A stretch of 64,000 bases of DNA from Octopus bimaculoides. Taxonomy: Eukaryota. The stretch spans positions 59,441,737 through 59,505,736 of the forward strand of contig NC_068989.1 in NCBI RefSeq assembly GCF_001194135.2, in the 5' to 3' direction. Within the stretch, counting starts at the first letter, position 1, and every line of letters starts with the position of its first letter. Shown piece after piece: positions 1 to 13,203 of this stretch. The notes under the pieces are model-generated. The model was given only the letters and a program-made list of their open reading frames with translations, had not been told where the DNA came from and ran no database searches. The translations under genes and the position numbers were made by a program.

Positions 1-300
1 TATACATAAAATGAATCAGGTATTTTTAAATAATGTCAACTTGAATTTTTAAAAATCAATTTCAAAAGGTATAAAATAGATTATTTTTAAAGATAAGAAT
101 AACAGTTTTGAAATACTAACTGTATTTTGTTGTATTGTTTGAAAATAGATTTTGAGTCATTATTCTGAATTTGATGTTACATTTACTTTTTTTTATAACA
201 ATCTTGTTAAATTTTATCAAGTCGTAATTTTTTTAATATGTCCATCTTTTGGAAGTTTATGTTAGTATTAAATGTATTAAAATTAATTTCTATTTTCAAG

Positions 301-402
301 GAATGTAAAAAAGAGAAAGAATTATGGAAAGAATCTAACCTGGCCTAACTATCCTGTTGTTATAAAAGACTTTATGCCTATTTTAACATTGGCTTATCAT
401 CG
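301..402 (+). CDS. Myo1D: Myosin-I (Myo1D-like) coding exon, post-IQ region; first exon in window (gene starts upstream)
   Basis: Acceptor ttttcaAG|301, donor 402|GTAAGG. Reads (g)NVKKRKNYGKNLTWPNYPVVIKDFMPILTLAYH(R), resembling my recollection of MYO1D NVKTMRDYGKHVKWP...FNRW. The terminal CG plus the A of the next exon gives Arg. Confidence 0.88.
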
Positions 403-954
403 GTAAGGAATGATTCTAGAAATATATTTTCACTTCCAATTATTGGTCAAATTGTTATTGCAGGCAATAAGATTCAATACTTATGTAGTTAAAATGAAAA
501 AATACAAACCTTTACGTTTGCCATTGTTGTTCTCATGGGCAGGGGAAATAACTCTGCATTCCAATGTTTATGTGACTGACAACAGGTTCCACTCTTTCTG
601 GCTTAGTGGTTAACAGTAAGAATAACACCCAGTTTTAAAACTGTTTTGACAAAAACAAGCCCTAAACTATCTAAGTATAAAAACTACTGCCAACCCACCC
701 ACTTCAAATCTTGAAAAGAAAATGAACATTAAAAATGTGTAAAACACAGAAACTATGGAACCACATATAAAAAAAACTTTTTAGGGAGTTAAAATGGTAT
801 CATCAATGAAGCTGATATTCTTCAGAAAATTGACAAATAAGATTAGATTTAAACAACTTAGTCATAGAATAAACATAGAACGTATAGACATGCACAAACA
901 TAGACATGCTACAAATATGGCTTATCTAAAAAAATATTTTCTTATGTTAGAGCC

Positions 955-1222
955 AAGCTTAAGTATTTTATCACAAACTTTGACTACCTCAATGACTTTA
1001 TCAACTGATTTCTCAGTAAGGAGTATGCCCATGCTCCCAATCCCATCACTGTTTCCTACCCAGAAAATCTTATACCTATGCTCTTTGCTCTGAGGAACCT
1101 AGCCAAACTTCATTTCTGCCTTACTTCTTGGATGCAACACAAATCTACACACCTCCGTTTAAGCATCTCAACAATCTCACTAGACCTACCTTTCAATGTG
1201 CCCACATTAAGTGTGCCAACTC
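955..1222 (-). mobile_element. RTE-type LINE remnant, APE endonuclease N-terminus (Myo1D intron)
   Basis: Minus strand reads VGTLNVGTLKGRSSEIVEMLKRRCVDLCCIQEVR, then after a stop and frameshift YKIFWVGNSDGIGSMGILLTEKSVDKVIEV. GTLNV and IQE are APE motifs. Confidence 0.8.
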
Positions 1223-1981
1223 TGGGGGTGTAGAGGGTGTGGGCAGGGAGACATAAGGATGGGGAACAGCATTTTGCATCTGTAAAGAAAGCTCACATGT
1301 ACGTTTGGCAGACATCATATAAGTACAAATAAGTTTCAACCTGCATACACTACATCATCATTTTATTCACTACATTTACTGGGAGATAGCCACTAGATAG
1401 GGATGGAAGTTGGGGAGAGTGTACCGTATAGGTAACTGTTAGAGTTACTAGGAGAAAGGAAAAAGACTTCTAGTACAGGTAGTGGGGACGGGTTGGAAGG
1501 GCACGTCATGAACAAGCAAACATTGTGGCCCAATGAATGCAATGTAAATTATCCATAAACGAATCGAGAGCCACTAATTAACTAACATGGAAAAAGCAAG
1601 GATACAGACAGTATGGGCAAGAGAAAACAGAGTTGGTAACAAAACGAATGAAGGGAGGGAGAGATGAAATTTTTGAGAATTAGAGCTATGGTAGAGGATA
1701 AAATATAGTGGGTAACCAAAACCAAAACAATTGAAAAGATGAAATTTTCAAGATTTACAACTACAGTAGAGTGAACAGAATTGAACATTTGAATTTTTTA
1801 ACTTTACTCTAACATACAGCATGGGATAGACGATGCTTTATAGGTAAATATATAAACTAATAATAATAATATGGGCACTATACGGTATAATATAAAACTA
1901 TACAATATAATATCACAATTTCAGTACTTATTTCAAAGTTACATCTTCAATTCACATAACTAAGTTATTCTTTTTGCATAG

Positions 1982-2126
1982 ATGGTGGGCATGGATGAAG
2001 ATAGAAACCATACCCAAGGATGAACGGACAATGTTTCACATGAAAATACTGACAGCAGAAATGTTGAAAGGGCAGCGGCCAGAATGGGGTTTAAAACGAA
2101 AATGGGAAGGCAACTATCTCCTTCAG
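1982..2126 (+). CDS. Myo1D: Myosin-I (Myo1D-like) coding exon, start of TH1 tail
   Basis: Acceptor ttttgcatAG|, donor |GTGAGA. Encodes WWAWMKIETIPKDERTMFHMKILTAEMLKGQRPEWGLKRKWEGNYLLQ; EMLKGQR...WEGNYL is the conserved Myo1D/1G TH1 motif. Confidence 0.93.
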
Positions 2127-2861
2127 GTGAGATAAATTCATAAATTCAATTTTGTTGATTGTTCTATAAGTATGAGACCGACGTGTTGCCTCGAGGTCTT
2201 GTTTTTACATTTCAATATTTCGTTGAGATTTACAACTCAATGTCAGTCTCTTTTATGCTTATATACTGCTTGTTTTGTTTATTTATATATTTTCACATTG
2301 TTCAGTGAAATTTTTAATGAATATTCAGTCATATATGTGAGCTTTGGTAGCAACTTTTCATATGAAAAGTCATCAGGTAATGAAGAAGCAAAAGTAAACT
2401 GAATTTGTCACCAGAAGTGAGAAAAGAATGAGGTCAGAGTAACAGAGGTTATGTGAAAGCTTGGATTAAAAGTTAAATTAGAAGTTGACCTTAAATGTTA
2501 AAAGGGTTACATTGAGGAGAAATTATCCAAAGTTGATGTAAACTAGGAAGTTGTGAAATTTATGCAATAGAAAAATACATTTAATTTGGAATCAAAACAC
2601 AGCTGCAGGAGTGGTTGTATAATAAAATGTTTCTTCTTGGAAACTAAAGGAAGCCCATCATATATATACACACCCATATACAGTATATATATTTTTTTCT
2701 TTAATCGTTTTTTATCGTTTAGAGAAACTAAAGAGATGTCTAGTTCACGCTAGATATGAAACAAATGATTTTTCTAAACTATTACATTACACATACAAGA
2801 ATAAACAACTGTTCTATATTTTATAGGGTATGCTCTTCTGATTTATGATATTGTAACAAAG

Positions 2862-2892
<31 letters not shown>

Positions 2893-3179
2893 AAACAAAG
2901 TTAGTTTATTTCACACGGGTAGAAATATAGAAAAAAATAGAACTTGAAAATGCACTGAGAATAGTTAAAATATTTTTTATTATATGCACAAATTTAACCA
3001 GTTTCACAGTTTACACTGATTTTCAAACACTTGGCTTATGTCACAGCTGTTTTGCTTCTGACTAGTGTTTGAAGCTTGCCCTATTTTTATTGGAAGTTCA
3101 TGGCTCAAATTAGTATATGTTTCGAATAGGGTTTGATTGGTAGAGAATAGTTACATGACTGGTCTTAGAAATTTTTGTA

Positions 3180-3790
3180 GGTTCCCCGCTACACCCATGT
3201 GTTAGTATCAAGTAACAATGTTTAGTGTCATAAGTTAAGGCTGACACGGTTGACTGAATGAGTCTAGTGGTAGTAATCAATGCTCTGAATGTTTTCTGTC
3301 AAGTGTTTGTAGAGAATGAACACGTGATTAAGTTTTAGAACCTTCTGTGCGTTTTCTGCTATGTACGTGCATTAATGTCAAGTAGCAGTATAATTTGCAC
3401 CGAAAATGCAAGCTGACACAATTGAGTGAACATGTTTAGTTACAATCAGAGCACTCAAAATTTAATCTGTCTGGTGGGAAAGTAGACAGGAGTCGTTTGA
3501 CTGTTGCTGTAGGAGTTGTTGAAGGTAATTTAGCACTTGTGAGGAATTTTTTCAGAGACTTTGATTGTCTTTCACTTTTGATTATTTTGTGTATTTCGAA
3601 TGCTTGTTTCATTCTTGGGTCTTGTCTTAGTAGTGAAATGTTCTGGTGGATAATATTATATTCTGTATTTCTTGTGTTGTAATAAAGAGTAGATTATTGG
3701 ATGTATCTGGAGCGTTTTTTGTAGTTCTTGAATATTTATTGTTTTGGTATTTTCTATTCCATTGTCTGTTAGCTTTAATGAATATTGTCT
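3180..3790 (-). mobile_element. Penelope-like element remnant (RT thumb to GIY-YIG linker)
   Basis: Minus strand reads IIHQNISLLRQDPRMKQAFEIHKIIKSERQSKSLKKFLTSAKL, typical of the Penelope-like linker, followed by a decayed Cys/His-containing segment. Boundaries approximate. Confidence 0.6.
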
Positions 3791-4015
3791 TTTAAGTAGT
3801 ATTTGTTTTAGTTCTTAAAACAACCTAAACTTTAGCCACTGGACTACATACAAACAACTCCAGTCTGATTTGGTTTTCTATGACTGGATACCCTTCCTAA
3901 TGTCAACCACTCTGAGAGTGTAATGGGTCTGTTACGTTCTGCCAGCACAGGTTCCATTTGCGTGACACTGGGGTGCTTTTATGTGCCACTGTCACAAGTG
4001 CCAATTATATATATA

Positions 4016-4055
<40 letters not shown>

Positions 4056-4104
4056 TTTACATATATATATATATATATATTTATATATGCATGTGTGTGT
4101 CTGT

Positions 4105-4300
4105 GTCCATCAACACCACTTGACAACTGGTTTTGGTGTGTTTACATCCCTGTAACTTCAGTAAAAGAAACTGATATGATAGAATACCTGGCTTAAAAGA
4201 TAAAAATAAATACTGGGGTCAACTCATTCAATGAAATTTTTTTAAGGTGGTACCCCAACATGGCCACAGTCAAATGATTAAAATGAGAGCTAAAAGACAT
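4105..4300 (+). mobile_element. SINE-like interspersed repeat (same family as 7530-7720 and 59420-59615)
   Basis: Shares cttgacaac..tggtgtgtttac..gtaact..atagaata..ctggggtc..catggcc.cagtcaaatga with the other copies. Decayed. Confidence 0.7.
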
Positions 4301-4460
4301 ACTGTCTTTTATCTGATAAATTAAACAGGTTCTGTTTTTAATAATGTTTGGAGTTACTGTATTGTTTTTGATAATATTTGTGTTATTCTTTGTTGTTTTT
4401 TCTTATATTTGATGTTATTCTCTACTTTACTCTCTATTGTTTTGGTTTCTTATATTTCAG

Positions 4461-4562
4461 TGTAAGGAAAACTCAAATACTGCTGATTATGTTTCTCGAA
4501 TGAACAGTTTAAAAAAGAAAGATGGTTATTCAGCTGTACTATTTGCTTCTTTTGTTAGAAAG
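4461..4562 (+). CDS. Myo1D: Myosin-I (Myo1D-like) TH1 exon (phase 0-0)
   Basis: Acceptor atttcAG|, donor |GTAAGT. 102 nt encoding CKENSNTADYVSRMNSLKKKDGYSAVLFASFVRK, matching the LKRKD...VLFSCHVRK segment of Myo1D. Confidence 0.92.
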
Positions 4563-5079
4563 GTAAGTAAATTCATGGAAACTAAATGATTTCAGTAACA
4601 AAATACAACAAAAACAGACTTGTAAGGTAATTAATGCAATGTAATTAATTTTGCAACATAAAGAAGAAACAGAAGAAAATTTAATATTTTGGGTTTTGGC
4701 TCTTCGTCGATAAAAAGAAAAGAAAACAGAAGGGAAAGTGTGAATGTTTGGTAAGACTTCTACACCAGACATTGCATGTGAAAGAACAGTATACAGATGT
4801 AATTAAATGGAAAGGTGTTTCTTGTTGGAAGAGTTTTTCAGAAAAGCATGATAATGGATGAGAATGTTGTTGTATCATGTGTTATAGTGCATATGTGTGC
4901 ATTTTTTTCAAATTAAAGAGAACATGTGAGAATATGTTCATTATGTATGGGGTGGTGTGTGAATGTTGAGAGTATATGCAGGTATGTGTGCTGTTGCGTT
5001 GTGAATGAAACACAAAGATGTGTGTATATGATAGATGGATAGCTAAAGGTGAAGATAGGTATTGTGCCACATACTTGAG

Positions 5080-6060
5080 CCAACCACCCTCTCACTCTGA
5101 ACAACATTTTCTTTTTCACTGAATTCTATCATCAAATTACTTGGGTGAACATGGGTACCAAGATAGATCCTAAGTATGCTAATCTATTTCTTGGTCTGAA
5201 TGAGACCCAAATCTTCTTCCAGTCCTCTGTACTTATGTTAGAGCTATACAGATATTACACCAATGAATGTGTTCTACATGGTATCACCTCATTCTGCCCC
5301 ATTCATCCAAATATGCTATCTTTTTTCCATAATTCCTTCGTCTTCTCTATCTTATGTGCCCTAGTTAACCCCAATCAGATGTTGATGCTTTCACTCAGCT
5401 TGTTGTATATTCCACATACATTGTATCTACCCTACCCCCAACTCCTTTACTTTCCTCTCACTCACCGTCCCACGACCTTACCACTTTAAATAGCCATTCT
5501 ACTGCATTTCTGTCTCTACCAATCTGACCTTACCACTTTCCACCCTATACGCCTTTTTCCACTTCCTTCAGATGTGGCACAGTCCCCATTTTTTTTTCTA
5601 ATCCATATTTTTCTTATGCCTTGCTACACCCAACCTGTAACCATCACCTATTCCTTTTTCTTCTCGAACAACTGCCCTTTCATCCAAGATATTGCTACCA
5701 TCTAAGAACTAACTCCTCATTCTACATCACTGGTAACTTCACTTGTACTGAAAAAAGCCTCATTCATGACATAGAATGTCAACTACATGGCATGTTTATA
5801 CTCTATAGAGTATAAACTAGTCAGAGATTGGCAGGCCATTTTAGAAAGCATCCTTTAGATGTCTGACAAACAGTATCCAAATTCTTAGACTTGTAGCTAA
5901 TCATTTGAATTCCCCTTGACATAGCCATTTTCAGTTCTTTGTGATGCTATTTTACACCATGGATCAGCAATCTCTTGTTTGCATAGGGAACAACTCCTAG
6001 CAAATAATTCATCCAACTGGAATACTTTGTTGTCTTTACTTTAAAAACATTGCCATTTCT
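5080..6060 (+). mobile_element. Penelope-like element remnant (RT core plus GIY-YIG endonuclease)
   Basis: FYHQIT.VNMGTKIDPKYANLFLG matches the Penelope RT G.AMGT.MGP.YANLF motif. Later ITGNFTCTEKSLIHDIECQLHGM and SQRLAGHFRKH..VANHLN match GIY-YIG. Internally deleted and frameshifted. Confidence 0.75.
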
Positions 6061-7529
6061 TACATGTCACTCCTTATAACATACTCCACTGTGCACTTTA
6101 CATTTCCCCTTCATTACTCTCCACATCCACACACACATGCATATACACAACCCATCTTCTATTCTCTAAGCAACTATCTATGACATGCACACAAACATGC
6201 TATTATGTTTAATTCACATCAGCTATACCGAACACATACTTGCACATGCTCTCTCTCTCCCACACACAGACACACACACACACTTAAAGAACATAAACTT
6301 GCATTTTACTGCCCTTTCTCTTGATAAAACACAAATGCACATACTTTAAAACACATTTACAACAGCTTTCTTGTCCATTATTTCCGTTAACTAAAAAACC
6401 TTTCATCTGCTGAGAAGCACCATCCCATTGTAACTCATAAACACCCTGTCTTCTGTTCAATCCATTTGTCTTTTACATCCATACCATTGTTTTATTCACA
6501 TCTACACAGCATACACACACACCACTATGGACAAACACCCACATATCCTTACCTACACCCACACAAAGACCATATTCTTACGTCTTGCCTCATATATCAG
6601 TGTTCTTATCGATTATCTCCCTTGACTGAGAAGCTCTTCTGACGTAAAACTTCATTCCACTTTCAGAAGCATTATGCAACTTATGCTTCTTTTTCTTTTT
6701 TTCTCCTCTGGTTTTTTTCTTTTTCTGTACAGCATAAAATTAATTTACAAACTCATTTTTTTCTTTCTTTTCTTTTTTTTTTTTTGTTCTTCTTCCTGAA
6801 ATCTTTTTAATTACCATTACCATGCTGACATGATTCTGTGCTACAACTTGAGTGAAACCCATTTTTTATTTCCTCATTAATCTAAATAAATAGATCACCT
6901 ATGTAAATTCTCCATTTTCAATAATTTTTTATCTAAATAATTTACTCAATACTTTAATGCAATAGTTAGGTCTTGTTTCAAATAAATCTCATATTTTAAG
7001 TGAAATGATTAAATGTTCGAAGTTGTAATCCCTAGATAATCCCAGAAAATACATGCAATTTTATAGCCTACAAAACATTTTGTTCAATTAAGTTCTCCGT
7101 TGCATAATACCAAGGGAAATGCCTGATTGATCCAAACAGACATAAAACACACAACTATACTATAATAGTTTTAAAACCTATGACAAACAAATGTAGTTGG
7201 ATTGCCAACTACATTTAATGTATCCCAAGGAATCAATATTGCTATCAAAGCCTTCAATCATGCATGGAGAAACTAAACAACAAAACAAAATCAATGTACC
7301 TTAAATTTCATACTGCATTCCACACATTCATTCATGACATTATACAATTTGGTCTGATAACAGACCAGAATAGAACATGTTATAGCTACATAGCTGAACC
7401 TATGAGCTGTTCTTAAGTAGTTCATCAGCTGTCTCCATGCTATATGTCACTATAATAGTTTTAAAACATGAATGTCACAAAGAGTTATCCATTAAAAGTT
7501 TTATTTTTCCATAAATTTTTTTCTTTTAT

Positions 7530-7720
7530 TTTTTACTTGCTTCATTCATTAGATTGTGGCCATGCTGGAGCACTACTTTGAGGAGTTTTTTATTGAATAA
7601 AATTACTTCTTGTTAAACCTGATACTTATTCTATCGGTCTCTCTTGTCAAATTGCTAGGTTATGAGGACTTAAAGACACCAACACTGATTGTCAAATGGT
7701 GGAGTTGGGGGACTAACACA
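7530..7720 (-). mobile_element. SINE-like repeat, inverted relative to the copy at 4105-4300
   Basis: Reverse complement aligns by eye with 59420-59615 (gagaccgatagaataagta, gtgctccagcatggcc). Confidence 0.7.
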
Positions 7721-7763
7721 GATGCAGAGACATGCACATGCGTACACACACACACATATATAT

Positions 7764-7925
7764 GATGGGCTTCCTTTAGTTTCTGTCTATCAAATCCACT
7801 GACAAAGTTTTGGTCAACCCAAGGCTATAGTAGAAGACACTTGCCCAAGGTACCATGCTGTGGGACTGAACCCAGAACCTTGTAGTTGGGAAGCAAGCTT
7901 CTAACCACACAGTCACACCAGCACC
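7764..7925 (-). mobile_element. tRNA-derived SINE (family also at 24003-24152 +, 24950-25072 +, 33208-33362 -)
   Basis: Shared body ctatagtagaagacacttgcccaagg..gggactgaaccc. On the minus strand the head has A/B-box-like tggctgtgtgg / ggttcagtccc motifs. Confidence 0.75.
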
Positions 7926-8054
7926 TATTAAGTGGACAATTAGGAAAATCAGACTGAATAAAAGCAGCTTCTAGTGAACTGATGTAAATTCATAAAAGTC
8001 CATGAAAAATTATTTTTTATTTTTTACTTCAATCATATTTTAATTAATCTTCTA

Positions 8055-8497
8055 CCAACAAATATTCTTTTCTACTCTAGGCACAAGGCCCAAAATTTTG
8101 GGGGAGTAGGGCTATCGATTAGATTGACCCCAGTACACAACTGGCACTTAATTTATCGACCCCGAAAGGATGAAAGGCAAAGTTGACCTCAATGGAATTT
8201 GAACTCAGAACATAAAGACAGACAAAATACTGCTAAGCATTTCGTCTGGTGTGCTAACGTTTCTTCCAGCTCACTGCCTTTAAAATCTTTTCTACTCTAG
8301 GTACAATGCCCAAAATTTTGGTGGAGGGGCCATTTGATTAGATTGACCCCAGTATACAATTGGTACATAATTTATCGACCCCGAAAAGATGAGAGGCAAA
8401 GTCGACCTCAGCAGAATTTGAATTGAGAACATAAAGACAGACAAAATACCACTAAGCATTTCACCCAGCATGCTAACGTTTCTGCCAGCTCACCGCT
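8055..8497 (-). mobile_element. Two tandem copies of a high-copy tRNA-derived SINE
   Basis: Two consecutive copies of ttttctactctagg.acaa.gccc..ttatcgaccccgaaa.gatga.aggcaaagt.gacctc..gaatttgaa..ctaagcattt..gctaacgttt. Many CpGs decayed. Confidence 0.8.
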
Positions 8498-8599
8498 TTT
8501 GTGGTTTTTCTACTCTTCTTTTATTTTTCAAAATTAAGACAAACAAAGTTCTTTCTTAATCTAAAATATACTCTCCTTCAATTACCACAATGCTCTTCC

Positions 8600-9240
8600 A
8601 TCTATCTGTTAGACTTGCAAGGCCCCGCTTCTGAAATTCACTTGTTCATGATGAAAAATACTTCTCCAGTATTGTTCTGATCTTGTCTACAGAATTCATA
8701 TTTTCTCCGCCCAAATGATTTTGAAGATTGCGTGCGGAATGATCAGATGGGACAATGTCTGGCAAATATGGTGCATGGGGCATCGTTTCCCATTCAAACT
8801 GCTCCAGCCTTCGGAATGTCATCCTTGCTGTATGTGGCCAAGCATTATCCTGATGGAAGAACAGCTTTTGTCTTGAAACCAAAGATGGTTGTTTTTCTTC
8901 TAGTGCTGACTCAAGCTGCTTGCAGAAGATCTCCTTTGTTATCATTTGATTTGGGTTGAAAAGTTCAAAGTGGACTAAACCTTTCATATCCCACCAAACA
9001 GTCATTATGTGGGTGAAGACTTTCTTTAGCCTGGGGTGCCAATGTTTCTCCTTTCCCTATGCACTGTCTTCAGTGCTTGACATTTTTATAGAGAATCCAT
9101 TTCTTGTCACCAGTCACTATTCAGTTCAAATAAGGTTCATTTATGAAATGTGACAGCAAAGAAGAGCATACATTCACACTCTGCATCCGATGAGACTAGG
9201 AAAGTTTATGAGGAACCCACTGACCCAATTTGCTAACTTT
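8600..9240 (-). mobile_element. Mariner (D,D34D) transposase pseudogene
   Basis: Minus strand shows WVPHKL, IVTGDKKW, VWWD, HQDNAWPH and PYLPDIVPSD. There are exactly 34 residues between the 2nd and 3rd catalytic Asp. In-frame stops and a frameshift are present. Confidence 0.92.
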
Positions 9241-9452
9241 TTTGATAGCACGCACATTAACTTTATATCTCTTATTCTCTCTATACATTATAAAGCATGG
9301 CTGGAAAAATCAACCAGCATTTACATCAGCTGTTATATTGTTATTCTTTTTCTCTGGATATCTACCTAAGAAACTTCCTTTGTTCTTTCGTAGGAATATT
9401 CTTTAGTAAACCTTTTTTTAGTATTATATCTGTATTTCTTTTTTTACATCAG

Positions 9453-9569
9453 ATAAATAAGAACAACAAATCATCTGAAAGAGCTGTGGCCATCACTGAC
9501 AGACATTTTTACAAGTTTGACCACAAAAAGAAATTTAAATTAATGAAATCTGGAATTCCATTTGTTAAT
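9453..9569 (+). CDS. Myo1D: Myosin-I (Myo1D-like) TH1/PH-like exon (phase 0-0)
   Basis: Acceptor tttttacatcAG|, donor |GTAAGT. 117 nt encoding INKNNKSSERAVAITDRHFYKFDHKKKFKLMKSGIPFVN (cf. [21 protein letters not shown]). Confidence 0.94.
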
Positions 9570-10488
9570 GTAAGTGACAAATTTCTGTTTAGACTGGCTT
9601 TACATATAAAAGTTATCAAATTGATTGCAAATGAAGAAAGTCAAATAAGATAGTGAATGTATTGAGTTCAACACCCCTCCCACACACACGCAACACATCA
9701 GTGCAACTCTCTTTACCATTAAGTACAAACACTAAACACACTGCATTAGGGACCTACAACTGGGATTGGGTTGTTTATAGGAATGTAGGGATACAAGTGT
9801 ACCTTTGGGAAATGAAAAAAGAAAATGTTGAACTATGGAATAAGATTTAGATACAGAAAGCAAATTTTACTTTTTTATTTTAATCTTTTATTCAAGAAAG
9901 AATGGAGTACCTATGACTTGTATAGGGTTTCTGAGATTAATGGTGGGTAGAGTGGAGAGGAAGGTGTGTTCCAACCAGAAACTTGGCATGAATATTTGCA
10001 CTAGAGCAGATTACACTAAAGGTGCCTAAAGCACTTAGAGCCGTTAATCTGGACAATGGGTTAAGTTAACCACCCAGTATTTGTTTATCATAATTTAATA
10101 GGAGGGTTTGTAATAATAATTCATGTGTACCATTAACACGCACACCACTAACTACTAACACAAACCGGTATTATACATAAGTAATTGCATAAACATCAGT
10201 ACTGTATACTAGTAACCTCATGCACCAATATTATGTACCAGGACAATACCAAAAAATAGTATCATATAGCTGTAACTACACTCACTCACACACACAAACA
10301 CACAGAGCAGTGTTATGTGCTAATAACTATCCACATACCAGTATTATACACTATATACTAGTAATTATATGCACACACATACTTGTAACTAAACACATAC
10401 ATTAACTTTACATACCAACAACACAAGCAAACCAGTATTATATACCAATAATTAAACCCAAAGATGCCAGCATTATATACCAGTTACT

Positions 10489-10546
<58 letters not shown>

Positions 10547-10682
10547 CAGTGTCATTGCAATATTTTTGATCCTTGGCCTGTTCAATTAAGGCTTATTTGG
10601 CACTACAGTAACTGCTATGACAACAAATGCTGACTGTACATCAATAACATTTGTAAGATAAATATTCTGTATTTTATTGTAG

Positions 10683-10831
10683 CTAACTGGTCTGAGCGTG
10701 TCACCAGATACAGACCAACTTATTATATTTCACATGAATGATGGCAATGATCTTGTTGTAAGCCTTCAACATCCAGGCCAAGAAGACAGAGTTGGAGAAG
10801 TGATCGGTGCTATTTGTAAGAACTGGCATCA
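10683..10831 (+). CDS. Myo1D: Myosin-I (Myo1D-like) TH1 exon
   Basis: Acceptor ttattgtAG|, donor |GTATGT. Encodes LTGLSVSPDTDQLIIFHMNDGNDLVVSLQHPGQEDRVGEVIGAICKNWH (cf. LTGLSVS..DQLVVFH..D.DL...RIGELVG). Confidence 0.94.
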
Positions 10832-13203
10832 GTATGTACTTTTAGAATTTTTAAAATTATCTTTTTAACATTTTTGTGAACACCCATACTTGAAACTTGA
10901 AATTCAGTTGTTGTTTATCTCCGGTGATATTTCTACAAGATGTGTTACATTTTCTTGAGTACTTTTAATCATGTTTCTTTGAGAGGATTAATTTCATACT
11001 AATTGCCATTTTAATATCGACAAATCTGGGACCACCTATATAAAAATTTTTTTCTTTGAAATAAAATTTTCATCAAAATCTCATAACATAAATGATATAA
11101 CATGATTTCTGGTGGTCACCACCAGCTTCGTATAAGGAAGCTCAATGAAGAAGCAGTCACTTGTTCTTAGAAATAGCAGTCAATTTTTCGAATTGCATCA
11201 TATTACCATAAATAAGAAAGGACACGTAGAACAGTGTAGTCCTAGATAAACAAAAAGAACAGGATGATCAATGTTAAAACACATTTGATCATAGGTATGC
11301 TCAATCAGGACTGCCTTAGAGTTAAACAACAACCAATATTATATATATTAATGTATAAGGTGACTGAGTATATAAGACCAATTCCAGGAACTTCCCCTCA
11401 AAAAGTGAAGTTTCAGCTATGCTCATGGTGTAATATTACTTACATGGGTAATATTTTGTAGCAGTAGGTCACAAGGTGTTAGGTTTTTTTTTTTCTTATA
11501 CATATGTGAATTCTTCACAAGATAAATGCTATTTTTAGCAGATTTGATATACATAGAATGAAAATTGACCGTCGCAACCTATAATTATATATATATATAT
11601 GTTTCAACATGTCAATAGGACAGTGTTCTGACAGTTGCAAAAGCCTTAGCATTTAGAGTTCACTATTTCAATAGTTAATCATCTCAATAACCACTAGAAT
11701 GATACTGTCAAGCACACTACTATGACTATTAAAATTCATGCCAATTCATTTCAAATAACAACGAAGTACTGTCAATTTATAATACATTGTTACTGGCTGG
11801 AGTTTCTCAAGCCCTCATGACCCTGTTTAGGCAGTGGTTATTTTACAGGAGCTAACAAGGAGTTAAATATAATTTTACCATTTATATGAAATAGATTTAC
11901 AGATTTAGTTACAGTGTATATATTATATAGTAATATACAAAAAACGTTAAATACACCGCTGGTATTTTCTTTAATTTGTAATCTTTGCATCACAAGTCCA
12001 CAGGTTAAGATCCAGATTCTGTTTCTGCTGTTTCAGGTGATCCTTATTTTAAGAGCAATTTATTTTAGGTTCCTATATTCTATTCACTGACACGGTGGTA
12101 TATAAAATTAGTTATGTTGCTAAACCTCTCTAAAATCTTGATTATATTGAAAATTAATTGAAACGCATATTCTCTTACAATTCAGGTGATATTCGTTTTT
12201 GATGTTTTGTTAGAAGTGTCTCTGACAGGTTGAGGGTAGGGTAACAAGCTGTGGAGAAGGTTTTGTATTTAATCCTATTCCAAACATCTGTATATGTAGA
12301 AATATGACAGTTAAATGCCAACAGAGTAAATACAAAGCAAACTGCAAAATTGTTTATAATTCAAATAATTGAGACACCATCAGTATCATAGACAGTAAAG
12401 TGGGTGGCTGTATATTCAAGGGATAAAGCATTAAAAATCTTAAAGTAGAACTAAATTATGCAGTGAGTTTAAAAGTAAGATGATTAATTATTGACTAATA
12501 GTTTCATTTTTCTTGAAAGTACAGTTGACAACAGTGGTGATATATTATTACCATTTGTACCATCAGAAAAGTATAATAACCTCATAACTTAGCACAATGA
12601 CAACAAATGAGCTGCTAAGGAATTATAAAGAAATGTCTATTTTGTCAGCAAAATGGAATTGTTTATAAATTAAATAATCTTGTGACATCATTGAAATTCT
12701 TAGATATTTAATGCAGAAAATGTCTGCAGTTGTTGTCTTTTATACCAGCTGCAAAAATGAAGTATTATTGGTTATTAATTATTGTTTGATTTTATCATAG
12801 CTGCATTCTAAATATGTTAACACTTACTTACCAGCAATCAGATTATAGTTTAGGAGTAGCTTTATGGTTGTTCACCCAGCTAAAAATAACAACCAAGTTT
12901 CCTTCAAATCACACCCAACCATCTTAAGAAAAGGAAGATGTTAGACAATTTTGTCCCTGATATACAAAATGGTGGGACAGTCATTGCTGGGATGCCATTA
13001 AGTGTACTTTTATTATATCTATTAACACTCACTTTGGTTGGTAATTTTATCCACTCTCACCTCAGTCCCCTCTAACTATTTCAAACTGACTTTGTAACCG
13101 TCAAAGTCAAATCTATTTCATAGTTATTTTACATTAACTAACAGTCTCTTATACTTTTCCAAATATACATTTGTATATTTTATTTCTCTGTTTCCTTTTT
13201 CAG

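Noticed and set aside
10140-10490. Degenerate repeats of accagtattatacac-like units in a Myo1D intron
   Set aside because: Decayed minisatellite grading into (CA)n; no regular period or coding signal.
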